From Candidatus Heimdallarchaeum aukensis (lineage in GTDB: Archaea; Asgardarchaeota; Heimdallarchaeia; Heimdallarchaeales; Heimdallarchaeaceae): a stretch of DNA of 64,000 nt. Within the stretch, counting starts at the first letter, position 1. Each line of letters opens with the position of its first letter. The stretch spans positions 2,176,001 through 2,240,000 of the forward strand of contig CP084166.1 of NCBI GenBank assembly GCA_021513695.1. Direction: 5' to 3'. The notes beneath the pieces were generated by a model that was not told the DNA's origin, made no database searches, and worked only from the letters and a program-made list of their open reading frames with translations. Positions 29,237-39,119 of the stretch are shown in pieces. Made by a program: the position numbers and the translations under genes.

Positions 29237-29938
29237 TTATATGGCTTTGAAATAGTATTTTTTGGGTTCGTATATATCTCCATTTTTTATCAGTGTTTGT
29301 ATAGCTTTTTCTACTTTTTCTCTTTCTTCACCTATTTTATCCAGTATTTCTTCCATACTTAATGCATCATCAGTTTCTTGTAAAAGTATTAACACTTCTG
29401 CAGTAATTTTGTTTAATGATTCTTGTTCTTCACTTTCTTCAAAAGTTTGTTTTTCTTCTTTTATTTTCATTCCTTTTTTTGTATATCTTTTTGCTCGAAC
29501 TAATCTCAGATATATTTCTTTATCTATATTTTCTACCTTCATGGGTATTTCTGGAAGTATGAAAATCTCTTCATCATTCCCTCTTGGTTTCCCAATTACG
29601 TCTATTTGTTCACCTTTTTCGAATCTATTAAGTTCAGCTGCACTCAATTCCCAAGCTTTGACTGCAATTACACCTGTTCCATCATCTACTGATAACATAG
29701 TGTAATCTTTCTTTCCTTCCATTCCTTCAGAATGATACTTATCTATGATTGTTCCAACTATTCTTACTCTTTCAATCAATTCTCCGTTTTTCGTAAGAAT
29801 AGCCATTTGGAAAGGATTTTCAGGGTCTGCTCTTAGTGTACCATTGACCAAATCATAAATATAAACAATTATAGCAGGTGGTGATACGTATTGACTCATT
29901 GTTAAACTTCTTGTCATTCTGTTTAAAATGTTTGCCAC
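29237..29938 (-). CDS. OB-fold nucleic-acid-binding protein with a C-terminal winged-helix (RPA32/Stn1-like architecture)
   Basis: The 233-aa ORF has a central OB segment (VRIVGTIIDKYHSEG...GVIAVKAWE...IDVIGKP) and a C-terminal wH-like helix-turn-wing region (ITAEVLILLQE...ILDKIGEE...IQTLIKNGDIYEP). Confidence 0.4.
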   Translation of the reverse strand: MANILNRMTRSLTMSQYVSPPAIIVYIYDLVNGTLRADPENPFQMAILTKNGELIERVRIVGTIIDKYHSEGMEGKKDYTMLSVDDGTGVIAVKAWELSAAELNRFEKGEQIDVIGKPRGNDEEIFILPEIPMKVENIDKEIYLRLVRAKRYTKKGMKIKEEKQTFEESEEQESLNKITAEVLILLQETDDALSMEEILDKIGEEREKVEKAIQTLIKNGDIYEPKKYYFKAI

Positions 29939-30256
29939 TATTACACCATTTCATTATTTTAATTATCTATTCTTGAAGTGCTCTCTAATGTGTTATTCTT
30001 TAACTTCAATCTTTTTTAAGATTTAATGAAAATTTTTAATAATAGTACTTTTTTTCCACAGAAACTGCTATAGCACGTACTCTTTTAATTTTTCTAGATT
30101 TTTATGAGAAAAATAGACCATAAAAAAATAAACTTACCCCCTACTTAATTATGGAAATCACTTTTTGGAATAATTGTAATATAATGTTAATCTTTATTTT
30201 GTTTTAAATTTGGGCTTTAAAGTTTAAAATCTATTAAAATAAAATCTTTAGAATTT

Positions 30257-30377
30257 TGGAGCCCTGGGCGTGATTTGAACACGCGACAACTGGATTGCTG
30301 CACAAGTGCTGAAACAATTTAGTTTTTCAGCGTTTTTGGTTCTTCAGTCCAGCGCTCTCCCGCTAAGCTACCAGGGC
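30257..30377 (-). tRNA. tRNA-Phe(GAA) with a roughly 46-nt intron at 37/38 and encoded CCA
   Basis: Reverse complement: GCCCTGG-TA-GCTT-AGCGGGA-GAGC-G-CTGGA-CTGAAG[intron]A-TCCAG-TTGTC-GCGTG-TTCAAAT-CACGC-CCAGGGC-T-CCA. Confidence 0.75.
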
Positions 30378-30652
30378 ATCTTTTTTGTTTTCGGACTTAA
30401 AACACTGTTTTACTTGAATTCTTCTTTCCTCGTGTTTTGTCCCGTTTTCTATAGATTTTTTTTCTTTTAAAAATTTTTCCAAAGAAAACGAAAAGAATGC
30501 ATTTTTGAATTTTATTTTTCTTTTTAGTCTTTCGTGAGCGGTTAGTTCTTCTTCTATGAACTTTCCCAAGAGTAAGATTGACGTACAACAATTTGTATAA
30601 AAATCAAGTTGATCTCACTATTTTAATAAGTGTTCTATATTACTTTATTTTA

Positions 30653-31384
30653 ATGAGCACAGAGTTTATTCGGGTAGAAAACCTTTGTAAAACCTATATT
30701 TCTCCAGCAGAACGTTTGGAAGTTCTTCGTGGCTGTTCTTTCACGATTTTCTCTGGTGATGTTGTTTGCCTTTTAGGTGTTAGTGGCTCTGGTAAGACTA
30801 CTCTTTTAAATCTTATTTCTGGTCTTGATTCTCCTACTTCTGGAGAAATCTATTATGATGGCGTTCCTCTTCATTCTCTAACTTTGGACCAGATTTATGA
30901 TTTTCGTCTAAAAAATATCGGTTTCATTTTTCAAGATTTTCACCTTTTAGAGCATTTTACAGCTCTTGAAAATGTTATGTCTCCTCTCCTTCTTCAAGGT
31001 CATTCAGAGTCTTTTTCTCGTTCGGTATCCTTTGATCTAATCTCTCGAGTTGGCTTATCCGACAAGGTAGATAGTTATCCTGATCAACTTAGCTCAGGTC
31101 AAAAACAACGTGTTGCTATTGCTCGTTCACTTGCAAAAGTTCCTCTTCCACGTCTTCTTATTGCTGATGAACCCACAGGTACACTTGACTCTCGTACTGG
31201 TGATTCTATTATGGAACTTATTCTTGGTCTTTCTTCTGAACATAACCTTACTACTATTTTTACAACACATGAACTATTTGTTGCTAAACTAGCATCTCGT
31301 ATTTTTCTACTCCGTGATGGCAAGATTACATCTCTTTCTCCCTCTGATTTAAATAATGAGTCTTTTATTTCTTCCCTTGTATAA
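30653..31384 (+). CDS. ABC transporter ATP-binding protein (MacB/LolD-like)
   Basis: Walker A GVSGSGKTT, signature LSSGQKQRVAIARSL, Walker B LLIADEPTGTLD. The start is taken at MSTEFIRVENL rather than the upstream 30578. Confidence 0.85.
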   Translation: MSTEFIRVENLCKTYISPAERLEVLRGCSFTIFSGDVVCLLGVSGSGKTTLLNLISGLDSPTSGEIYYDGVPLHSLTLDQIYDFRLKNIGFIFQDFHLLEHFTALENVMSPLLLQGHSESFSRSVSFDLISRVGLSDKVDSYPDQLSSGQKQRVAIARSLAKVPLPRLLIADEPTGTLDSRTGDSIMELILGLSSEHNLTTIFTTHELFVAKLASRIFLLRDGKITSLSPSDLNNESFISSLV

Positions 31385-31434
31385 TTTGAAAATTTAAATA
31401 GTGTAGATACAATAAATTAATGTAGGATAGTAAA

Positions 31435-34296
31435 ATGACCTCTCTTCCCTCTTCTTCAATTGTTCCCTCTCGTTTACGTTACTATTTCAGACGTTTATTT
31501 TTTCATCTTACAATAATTTTTAAGAATATTTCAAGTAGGAAGCTTAATAGCCTTATCGTCATTTTCGGTTTAGTTTTTTCTCTTACTTCTCTTTTTGTTT
31601 CCAGTATTTGGATTGAAACTAATAAATCCCTTATTTCCGATCAATATATTGAAAGTTTAGATTACGAGATGTACATTACTTCTTACATGCCTTATCGTAT
31701 GAATGAAATCTATGAGTTTGTAATCTCTGATCCTCTTGTTTCCCATGTTGATTATATTTATCAAACTGAAGCACTTTTCAATTTTGAAGATAAATCTCCT
31801 GAATATAGGTTTTTCCCAGAAAATAACCAAGAAGATCCTTCTAATCCTATTTCTATTACTTCTGCTATTCTTCTACCCTCTTCTTCAATAGATCGTATTG
31901 GTGTCAATTTCAATTTTGAAGGGAATTTGAGCCTTCGTTCTAATGAGATTCTGATAAGTGATCTTGAAGCGAGAGAGTTAGAACGTATTTACAATCGTTC
32001 TATTGTGCCAGGTACTACTATTAATCTAGCGGTAACAAAACGTATCCCTTATACCGATGGTGGTGAAGTTTACCTTAAATACTTTGATCTTAATATCTAT
32101 TCCAACTTTACAGTTTCAGCAATCTACACTACTAATTCTGCTCGAACTATCCTCAACAAGCTTTTAGGTGGCTTTGGCTCTTCTCCAAGTCCTCTAGATG
32201 ATTCAATTATTTTTCCTCTAGAAGCTTTTTCTTCTTCTGATCTTTATACTTTAGAACGAAATGGTCTACTACCTAAACTTCTTGTTAAAACCCGTGCTGA
32301 TAAGATGCGTGAAAATGGAATATCTCTGATGGTTGATTCTTTAGCTGCTTTACGTGACCGTGTAACTGCTCGATTTTATTTCAGCAATTGTATTTTGCTA
32401 GATGATGAAATACAATCTATGGTTGATGAGTACGGACGTATTTCCAAATCATTAGTTCTTTTTATTCCTTCTATTATTGTTTCTGTGCTTCTTGTAATAG
32501 TTTCTTCCAATATAACTATTAATCAACGGCGAGAAGAAGTAGGTATTTTACGGGTGAAAGGAGCACTACCCTATCAAATTATTCTGTTGTTTTTCTCTGA
32601 ATTTGTAGTTCTCAGTTTTATCTCGTTAGTTATAAGTTTCGGTCTAAGTATTCTCCTTTCAGGGATACTAACAGGTACTGCTAATTTTTCTCTTTTTTAT
32701 GGTTACCTACAGATACCTGTTTCCAGTATTGAATTAAATACTATTATTGTTCTAGGGATTTATCTAGTTTCAATGTTCCTCAAACTTTATTCTTTTATCA
32801 GTCAAGAAGTAAAAGAAAGTTTTATTATTTCTACACGTGGTCGTAAAGCGATCAACAAAAGTTTATTTATATTTATTTTTATTCTGCTTATAGTAGGCTT
32901 TATTTTTGAACTTCTTGATTTTAAGGAAAGTACGGATAATTATTCTCGTTCATTTTCTTCAATGATTTTAAGCGTAAGACTCTTTCTATTATTCATCGGA
33001 CTTTGCCTTATTTCACTTTATTTGGTGGCTTTGATATTGAACTTTATCCTTATTAAAATTAAACCTATTTACTCATTATTGTTGAAAAAATCAAGTTTCT
33101 TTATTCATAAAAACATCCAACGACCCCGTAAATCTTTTTCCTCTCTAACACTTTTCCTTCTCATTGCTTCTTCTTTATTGAGTTTTACTTTAGCACTACA
33201 AACTTCTCTTCTCAAAAACATAGCTGATGAGCAATATTATTTACAGGGAGCAGATCTTCGAATCATTTCTCATTCTACTAACATTAGTTCTTTTGAAGAA
33301 AAAATTGAGCGAATAAATGGAATTGAACAAGCTATGGGGATTTATTCTACCACAGCTAAAATTGCTTCTCTTACTATTGAACTATTTGGTGTTGACCCCT
33401 TGAAGTATTTAGACATCGGTAGATGGATTGATGTGAGTTTTGTTAACTCTTCTGCTTTGGAAGCTCTTCAGAAACTAGATTCTGATCCTTTTGGAATTTG
33501 TATAAGTGACTATTTGGCAGAAAGATTAGGTTTCAGTATTGACCAATCTATCTATATTTCAGACTTTTTTGGAAGGGCTTCTTTTCTCTCTTTTAATATT
33601 TCCTCTTTAATTCGCTCTGCTCCGGGGCTTGGATTTGCTCACGGGGTTAATTCAAAAGTTGGTCGATATGTTGAAGAATACATATTACTTAACAAGGATA
33701 TTCTATCTAATTATTTGGGCGTATCAAACGGTACATTATTTTTTGCCTCTGTTTCCGAACCAAAGAAAATAGAATCGATAAAAGAACAGCTTTTACAGTT
33801 GGACGAAGTTGTTAGTGTGAACCCAGAAAAAATTAATCCTAATTATATAGGCTATTTCATTTTACAGTTTGTTCCAGATGTATGGGCAATTCTAACCATT
33901 TCTGTGACCTTTATCTTGATTATAAGCGTTGTATATATATTTATGTCAACTAATTATATTTTACAACAAAGAAGAGAAGAGTATGCATTGCTATTAGCTT
34001 TAGGAGCTAATCCTAAGAAAGTTCGTAAGATGATTTTCTTTGAATTAAACATATATATCTTGTTTACTCTGTTTTTTGGCATGTTTTTTGGCATCTTAAG
34101 TGCTTTAGGTTCACTGTATTTTGTCAAACCCTTGTTGATCACGCAAGAGATAATACCTCTGAGACTTCATGTAAACTCTATTCTGATGCTATTAATTATT
34201 GTTGTTTTCTTATTTACTACTCTCCTTAGCTCTCTCTCGATAATTAGAGCACAAACAAAAACAGATATTATTAATGAATTAAGAATAGAGAAATAA
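31435..34296 (+). CDS. ABC transporter permease, FtsX/MacB-like, with two FtsX TM bundles and large extracytoplasmic domains
   Basis: The 953-aa ORF has two 4-TM clusters (around residues 330-450 and 830-950), each preceded by a long soluble domain. It sits immediately downstream of the ABC ATPase. Confidence 0.7.
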   Translation: MTSLPSSSIVPSRLRYYFRRLFFHLTIIFKNISSRKLNSLIVIFGLVFSLTSLFVSSIWIETNKSLISDQYIESLDYEMYITSYMPYRMNEIYEFVISDPLVSHVDYIYQTEALFNFEDKSPEYRFFPENNQEDPSNPISITSAILLPSSSIDRIGVNFNFEGNLSLRSNEILISDLEARELERIYNRSIVPGTTINLAVTKRIPYTDGGEVYLKYFDLNIYSNFTVSAIYTTNSARTILNKLLGGFGSSPSPLDDSIIFPLEAFSSSDLYTLERNGLLPKLLVKTRADKMRENGISLMVDSLAALRDRVTARFYFSNCILLDDEIQSMVDEYGRISKSLVLFIPSIIVSVLLVIVSSNITINQRREEVGILRVKGALPYQIILLFFSEFVVLSFISLVISFGLSILLSGILTGTANFSLFYGYLQIPVSSIELNTIIVLGIYLVSMFLKLYSFISQEVKESFIISTRGRKAINKSLFIFIFILLIVGFIFELLDFKESTDNYSRSFSSMILSVRLFLLFIGLCLISLYLVALILNFILIKIKPIYSLLLKKSSFFIHKNIQRPRKSFSSLTLFLLIASSLLSFTLALQTSLLKNIADEQYYLQGADLRIISHSTNISSFEEKIERINGIEQAMGIYSTTAKIASLTIELFGVDPLKYLDIGRWIDVSFVNSSALEALQKLDSDPFGICISDYLAERLGFSIDQSIYISDFFGRASFLSFNISSLIRSAPGLGFAHGVNSKVGRYVEEYILLNKDILSNYLGVSNGTLFFASVSEPKKIESIKEQLLQLDEVVSVNPEKINPNYIGYFILQFVPDVWAILTISVTFILIISVVYIFMSTNYILQQRREEYALLLALGANPKKVRKMIFFELNIYILFTLFFGMFFGILSALGSLYFVKPLLITQEIIPLRLHVNSILMLLIIVVFLFTTLLSSLSIIRAQTKTDIINELRIEK

Positions 34297-34328
34297 AATT
34301 TCTAATAGGTAGATTTTATCTTCTTTTG

Positions 34329-35513
34329 TTAGACAATGAGTAGTTCCTCTCTAGCTTTCTTCAACACTTCTTCAACCATAAATTCAAATGAATCTTTCCA
34401 TGAGAGGGTCCTGAAAGAAAAATTCCTTGGGTCAAAACTTTTTGTGATGTAACTTTGTGGGTCGATTACCATTATTTGAAGAGCAGGGAACATTGACCAG
34501 AGTAGGTTTATTAGTCGCATTTTTTCACTAGGCGGAAGAAGAATCTTCCACAAAAACCCATCATCTGTCTGCCTAAAGTCAGAATCAAAGGGTAATGAAA
34601 GATTCTGAAGAAGATACACAATTTTGGTTAGTGCTCTAGTACCACAAATCACTTTAAATATAAGATCATCCTGCAAACCGTAAAATTGTGGGTCAAATTT
34701 TACCAAATAGTTTCGGATGACATTTTCTTGAAGAAACTTTATTCTTCGTGATAGAGTATATTCTGGAATGTCTAATTCTTTAGCAATGTCTGCATTTTTC
34801 TTATTTGTATCTTCCAATAATTCTTTTAAAATCTGAAAATCCTCGTAATGCATCCTTGAAAGGATATTTTTTGCTTTCTCTCGGATTATTTTTTGAAGAG
34901 AAAAAAAAGCTGGTACATAATCTACACTATCAATATTCTTCTCCCATAGATCCCAGTTAAAATTAGTGAATTCGTTAGTTTTAGGGTCCCAATATTCAAG
35001 GTTTAATCTAGTTTTAATTCCATTACCAATATAATAAGAGTGGACAATTTCTTTGATAAGATCATGGATTTTTAAGTACTCTAAGAAAGTAAAAATGTTA
35101 TCAACAGAATTAGCTGGAATATGAACCTTTAACATTATACCGTTTATTGCACCATAGCACCTACTCTGTTGAACTAGATAAGGTTGAAACTGCAAAACTC
35201 GTTCTAAAACTTGTAATTTATCTCTAGATTCAACTCGAAGTAGAAAAATATGACTTTCTAGACCTAAGGCCTCAGGATAATATTCAGCATGAAAACCTTT
35301 GATAAAACCTTTCTCCATCAAAGAATTTAGCTTTTTTTTGACAGTAGGTGGGCTAAGATTAACTTCTTTTGCCAATTTTGAGTAAGAAAATTTTGGCTCT
35401 TGAAATATACTCTTTAATATGGTATACTCGTCTTCTGAAAGATATTTAGACGCAAAAGAGCTCATTTTTAGACAAAGGGAGAGAAATTTAATGTTTTTAT
35501 TCTTTGTCCACAA
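34329..35513 (-). CDS. Transcriptional regulator with two Lrp/AsnC-type HTH modules
   Basis: The HTH segments are YSKLAKEVNLSPPTVKKKLNSLMEKGFIKGF and NADIAKELDIPEYTLSRRIKFLQENVIRNY. Confidence 0.45.
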   Translation of the reverse strand: MWTKNKNIKFLSLCLKMSSFASKYLSEDEYTILKSIFQEPKFSYSKLAKEVNLSPPTVKKKLNSLMEKGFIKGFHAEYYPEALGLESHIFLLRVESRDKLQVLERVLQFQPYLVQQSRCYGAINGIMLKVHIPANSVDNIFTFLEYLKIHDLIKEIVHSYYIGNGIKTRLNLEYWDPKTNEFTNFNWDLWEKNIDSVDYVPAFFSLQKIIREKAKNILSRMHYEDFQILKELLEDTNKKNADIAKELDIPEYTLSRRIKFLQENVIRNYLVKFDPQFYGLQDDLIFKVICGTRALTKIVYLLQNLSLPFDSDFRQTDDGFLWKILLPPSEKMRLINLLWSMFPALQIMVIDPQSYITKSFDPRNFSFRTLSWKDSFEFMVEEVLKKAREELLIV

Positions 35514-35545
35514 AAAGAAAGAGAATAAACAAAAACAAAATGAGA

Positions 35546-35992
35546 TTAGGCGTATCCGGCCTTGGTCTCATCATCGCCATTTAAAAGTTTCTTAAATAAC
35601 TGAACAAAAGGCTTCTTACCAACAGCGCCAACAACATTACCGAGGTACTTACCATTTTGGAAAACTAGGAAGTTTGGTATAGATGATATTCCAAAACGCA
35701 TGGCAGTTCTCCTGTTCTCGTCAACATTGAGCTTACCAATATGAACGCCTTTATCAGCCCACTCTTTTGCTAGTTGGTCCATAATGGGTGCCATTGTTCT
35801 ACATGGCATGCACCAAGCTGCCCATGTATCTACTACGACTATTCCATCCTGTTTTACGAATTCGTCGAAATCGTCGTCAGTTAAGTTTACAGCTACTCCT
35901 GTGGGGAACTTTGCTGCTTGTTGATTTGCATTTAATAATTCTTCCATTTTCTTTTTTCTTAATTCTTCCAATGTCTCATCGTCTTGTATCAT
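35546..35992 (-). CDS. Thioredoxin-family protein with a CMPC active site
   Basis: VVVDTWAAWCMPCRTMAPIMDQLAKEW is the thioredoxin fold with a WC(M)PC dithiol motif. Confidence 0.75.
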   Translation of the reverse strand: MIQDDETLEELRKKKMEELLNANQQAAKFPTGVAVNLTDDDFDEFVKQDGIVVVDTWAAWCMPCRTMAPIMDQLAKEWADKGVHIGKLNVDENRRTAMRFGISSIPNFLVFQNGKYLGNVVGAVGKKPFVQLFKKLLNGDDETKAGYA

Positions 35993-36266
35993 AGAGTTTC
36001 ACCTATTATGTTCACATTTTTCACACACCTTATAAAATCTTCCATTTGGCAAATATGTCCGCCTAAGCACTAGAAATAAGAAACTAGTTGCAGTTTTGTG
36101 TTAATTAATTTCTTCATTTTCGCAATAATAGCATTATTTTTGTCTTTTTCTCTGTAATAGCCTAAACCAAGATAAGTTTTATTTAATATGCTTTTTTCAC
36201 TCAAAAGGCTTATTAATAAAAAAGGACAAAAGAAGAATGTAAAGAGATAGTTGAGGTTTTCTATTA

Positions 36267-37100
36267 ATGAGTGAAGTTTCAAGTCAGAAATGTCCTAGTT
36301 GCGGTGAATCTGTTCCTTTAGAATACTCTGTTTGTCCATTTTGTGGTTTTGGTATTCACGAATACGAGTTAAAACAATTTTCATATAAGCCTAAGCGAAG
36401 AGAAGTGATAGAACGTGCTATATCATTTTACCGTTCTCCTTTTAAGACAAGTGGAGAATTGGGTGTAGCAACTGAAACTAGAGGGGCTAATATGTTTCTC
36501 TATTTCTTCTCCGTTTTTCTTTCTCTGCGATTGTTTTTTACGATAATAAAAGCTGGATTTTCCTTTTCTCTGGCTATTGCTATTGGTTCTGTGGGGGATC
36601 CTCCTCACCCTTTTATAACCCTTAAGTTAGGTTTTATACTATTCTTTGTAAACCTGTTAATTCTTCCTTTAGTTATATATTTGATATATAAGATTCTTTT
36701 CGTTCTTGGATCTTGGTTGATTACCCGTGTTGCTGGATTAATGGGCGCAGAAATAAAAACGAAACAAGTAAAAACTATAATGGCTTACTCAATTATTCCC
36801 GTGGTCTTAGGAGAATTTCTAGGTATATTCTTTACACTCATTGGTCCTTCTGGTGGATTAGGAGATACTGCTTCTGTCACTTTTAACGAAATTTTGTCAT
36901 TTATGGAATCTTTCTATTCTTCTGGAGTGATGATAGCTTTTAAGTTTCTCATGCTGCTCGCGTGGATCGTAACGCTTGTTTACTCTACAATTGGCGTCCG
37001 TACTGTAGGTAAAATGGCTTGGGTAAATGCGGCACTCACAATGTTACTACCTTTAGGAACTTATGTTTGGTTCTTTTATATCACAGGAATGTTTGGATAG
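36267..37100 (+). CDS. Yip1-like multi-pass membrane protein with an N-terminal zinc ribbon
   Basis: CPSCGESVPLEYSVCPFCG is followed by 5 TM helices. Confidence 0.4.
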   Translation: MSEVSSQKCPSCGESVPLEYSVCPFCGFGIHEYELKQFSYKPKRREVIERAISFYRSPFKTSGELGVATETRGANMFLYFFSVFLSLRLFFTIIKAGFSFSLAIAIGSVGDPPHPFITLKLGFILFFVNLLILPLVIYLIYKILFVLGSWLITRVAGLMGAEIKTKQVKTIMAYSIIPVVLGEFLGIFFTLIGPSGGLGDTASVTFNEILSFMESFYSSGVMIAFKFLMLLAWIVTLVYSTIGVRTVGKMAWVNAALTMLLPLGTYVWFFYITGMFG

Positions 37101-37125
37101 ATTTTTTATTTCCAATTTTTCTTTT

Positions 37126-37605
37126 TTAACCTGTATAGCTTAATTTCACTTTGTCTCCATCACTAAGATAATAATTGCTCACTCCTACCTCTGAATAAAT
37201 CCAAGCTAGGTTCTCACTATCAAAATAATAAAATGCCCAATAGTTTGGAGGTTGTTCTTCAAATCCATTTACTGCTCTAATATATACTCCAAATGGATAC
37301 TGTACAACATCTAATGAAGCGACTTCTGAAAAAGCATCAAAAGCTGTACTTCCATCTTTTATTGTAATATTATATTCTTCAATTGTATTATTATTTAAAG
37401 TCCCATATTCAATTATTACTTGACATTGAATCTCTTGTTCAGATTGATTAGAAATATTGAGAAATTTGAAATAATACACAGTTCCTCCAATTATAGATGC
37501 AATTAGAACGAAACCAATGAAAGCAAAAAACAGACGATATTTCTTCACCTTCTCATTCCTCTTTTTCAGTTCTATTTTTTGAAGCAGCGACCTTTTTATT
37601 TTCAA
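37126..37605 (-). CDS. DUF4430-like secreted/anchored protein
   Basis: The 159-aa ORF has a signal anchor and a domain ending ...FGVYIRAVNGFEE...YWAFYYFDSENLAWIYSEVGVSNYYLSDGDKVKLSY (the DUF4430 pattern, from memory). Confidence 0.35.
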   Translation of the reverse strand: MKIKRSLLQKIELKKRNEKVKKYRLFFAFIGFVLIASIIGGTVYYFKFLNISNQSEQEIQCQVIIEYGTLNNNTIEEYNITIKDGSTAFDAFSEVASLDVVQYPFGVYIRAVNGFEEQPPNYWAFYYFDSENLAWIYSEVGVSNYYLSDGDKVKLSYTG

Positions 37606-38242
37606 AAAATCCGAGTGAGATATAATCTATCCCCTTATAATTAAAAGCTATCTTAATCCAATTTATTATTTCCTTTAAAGAGCTAAATATTATGAAGTTT
37701 CCTAAAATGTGCACTACTGTAAAAGGTATTCCAAAGACTATAACTGTAAAAAGATAAGCTAATGTTATATTTTCTTGTAGGATTATTAATTGTCCTCCTA
37801 CCGTTGTGACAATATCATAAAATAAGGCAAAAACCCCCCCAAATATACCAATTTCCCAAAAGGAAAGGTGATCTATGATCTTTCTTAAAATCATGGTTGT
37901 TAAGACAAGAATCAAATAACATACCATCTTAAATAAAATCAATATTCCTGACGATCCATAAATTGGAGTTACAATTAATTCATAAATTAAAGAGATAGAA
38001 ATCATACTAAAAAGTCCTGTAGAGAAACCAAACAAAATTGTTATTAAAAAAATTGTAAATGATATAAATTCCACATTAGGAATTAATACTGTTATTGATG
38101 AAAGAACAATCCCTAATGCAGAAAGAGAAGAAGCTGTTGTAATTTTTAATATGTTTTTTATTTCAGTTTCATCCCTTTTTTTAGCGTTAAAATTGTCTCT
38201 TTTTGTATTAATGTTACTGTTATTAGACTGCACTGTTATCAC
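37553..38242 (-). CDS. Multi-pass membrane protein, possibly an ECF-type transporter S-component
   Basis: The 229-aa ORF has about 6 TM helices. It sits immediately upstream of and overlapping the DUF4430 ORF, a pairing seen with ECF S-components in bacteria. Confidence 0.3.
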   Translation of the reverse strand: MITVQSNNSNINTKRDNFNAKKRDETEIKNILKITTASSLSALGIVLSSITVLIPNVEFISFTIFLITILFGFSTGLFSMISISLIYELIVTPIYGSSGILILFKMVCYLILVLTTMILRKIIDHLSFWEIGIFGGVFALFYDIVTTVGGQLIILQENITLAYLFTVIVFGIPFTVVHILGNFIIFSSLKEIINWIKIAFNYKGIDYISLGFFENKKVAASKNRTEKEE

Positions 38243-38294
38243 TTTTGCATCGTGAAGAAATGTTACTTTTCTGTTTCTCTTTTTTTATATTTTA

Positions 38295-38771
38295 TTAATC
38301 CTCTTCTTGTATTGAAAGTAGGGACTTTGCAATATAAATTGGTGCATTATTAAGTAATCCTAATAACACTGAGTGACTAGGGATCATTTGAAAATGTAGT
38401 AAACCTTCTATTCCCTCTAATTTAATTTCAACAGAAGCTTGATAGGCATTAGAATATGGTACTATAGCATCAATTACTACTTTATTTACGATGCATATTT
38501 CAGATACTAAATCTGCAATAGTCAATCTTGAATCAATCTCTCTTACATTGGATAAAATTTTCGCTATCTCAATTGCAATATGTCTTGGTATGCTTGACAT
38601 TAAAAAATTTGATCCATCCTCTAATTCAAAATTTAGTAGAGGTATCTCTGCAAAAAAATCTAGTTGATCTATGTCACTGCTTTGCATATTTGGAGTAGCA
38701 GTTAAAACATCAATTCGTATAACTTTCAACAAATTTGCATGTTCTTCCTTTGAGTCTTTTTCCATTATCAT
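38295..38771 (-). CDS. Hypothetical protein (weak DUF151/bifunctional-nuclease-like resemblance)
   Basis: The 158-aa ORF has no strong motif. Confidence 0.3.
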   Translation of the reverse strand: MIMEKDSKEEHANLLKVIRIDVLTATPNMQSSDIDQLDFFAEIPLLNFELEDGSNFLMSSIPRHIAIEIAKILSNVREIDSRLTIADLVSEICIVNKVVIDAIVPYSNAYQASVEIKLEGIEGLLHFQMIPSHSVLLGLLNNAPIYIAKSLLSIQEED

Positions 38772-39119
38772 TAAATTGGTTTTTAATGTAAAAAATTTTT
38801 GTGTAGACTCAGAATTATAACCCTCTTTTTTCCATTAAATTTTTATAACATAGTATTTTTCTTCCTTTGGAGCTGATTAAGTGGACGATTCAGGGGATAG
38901 AGAAATGCTTGTTTGATTATTTACGATGCGAACAAATAAACAGTAGATTATCCTATACTATATTCCCTTCAAAATTAAATGTCCTAGTCTTTTATCGGAT
39001 GATTTTTAATTGTTCTTCAGACTGTAGTTTACCTCCTAAGTTGCCCTATTATCAAGCTCGATCCCAATTCAATAATTATATCTCTTAACTTAATTATAAA
39101 AACACTGAACATCTAAGAG

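Noticed and set aside
30363-30591. Two overlapping small minus-strand ORFs (64-68 aa) next to tRNA-Phe
   Set aside because: They overlap the tRNA-Phe gene and the 5' flank of the ABC ATPase gene. The translations are K/R-rich low-complexity strings, likely spurious.
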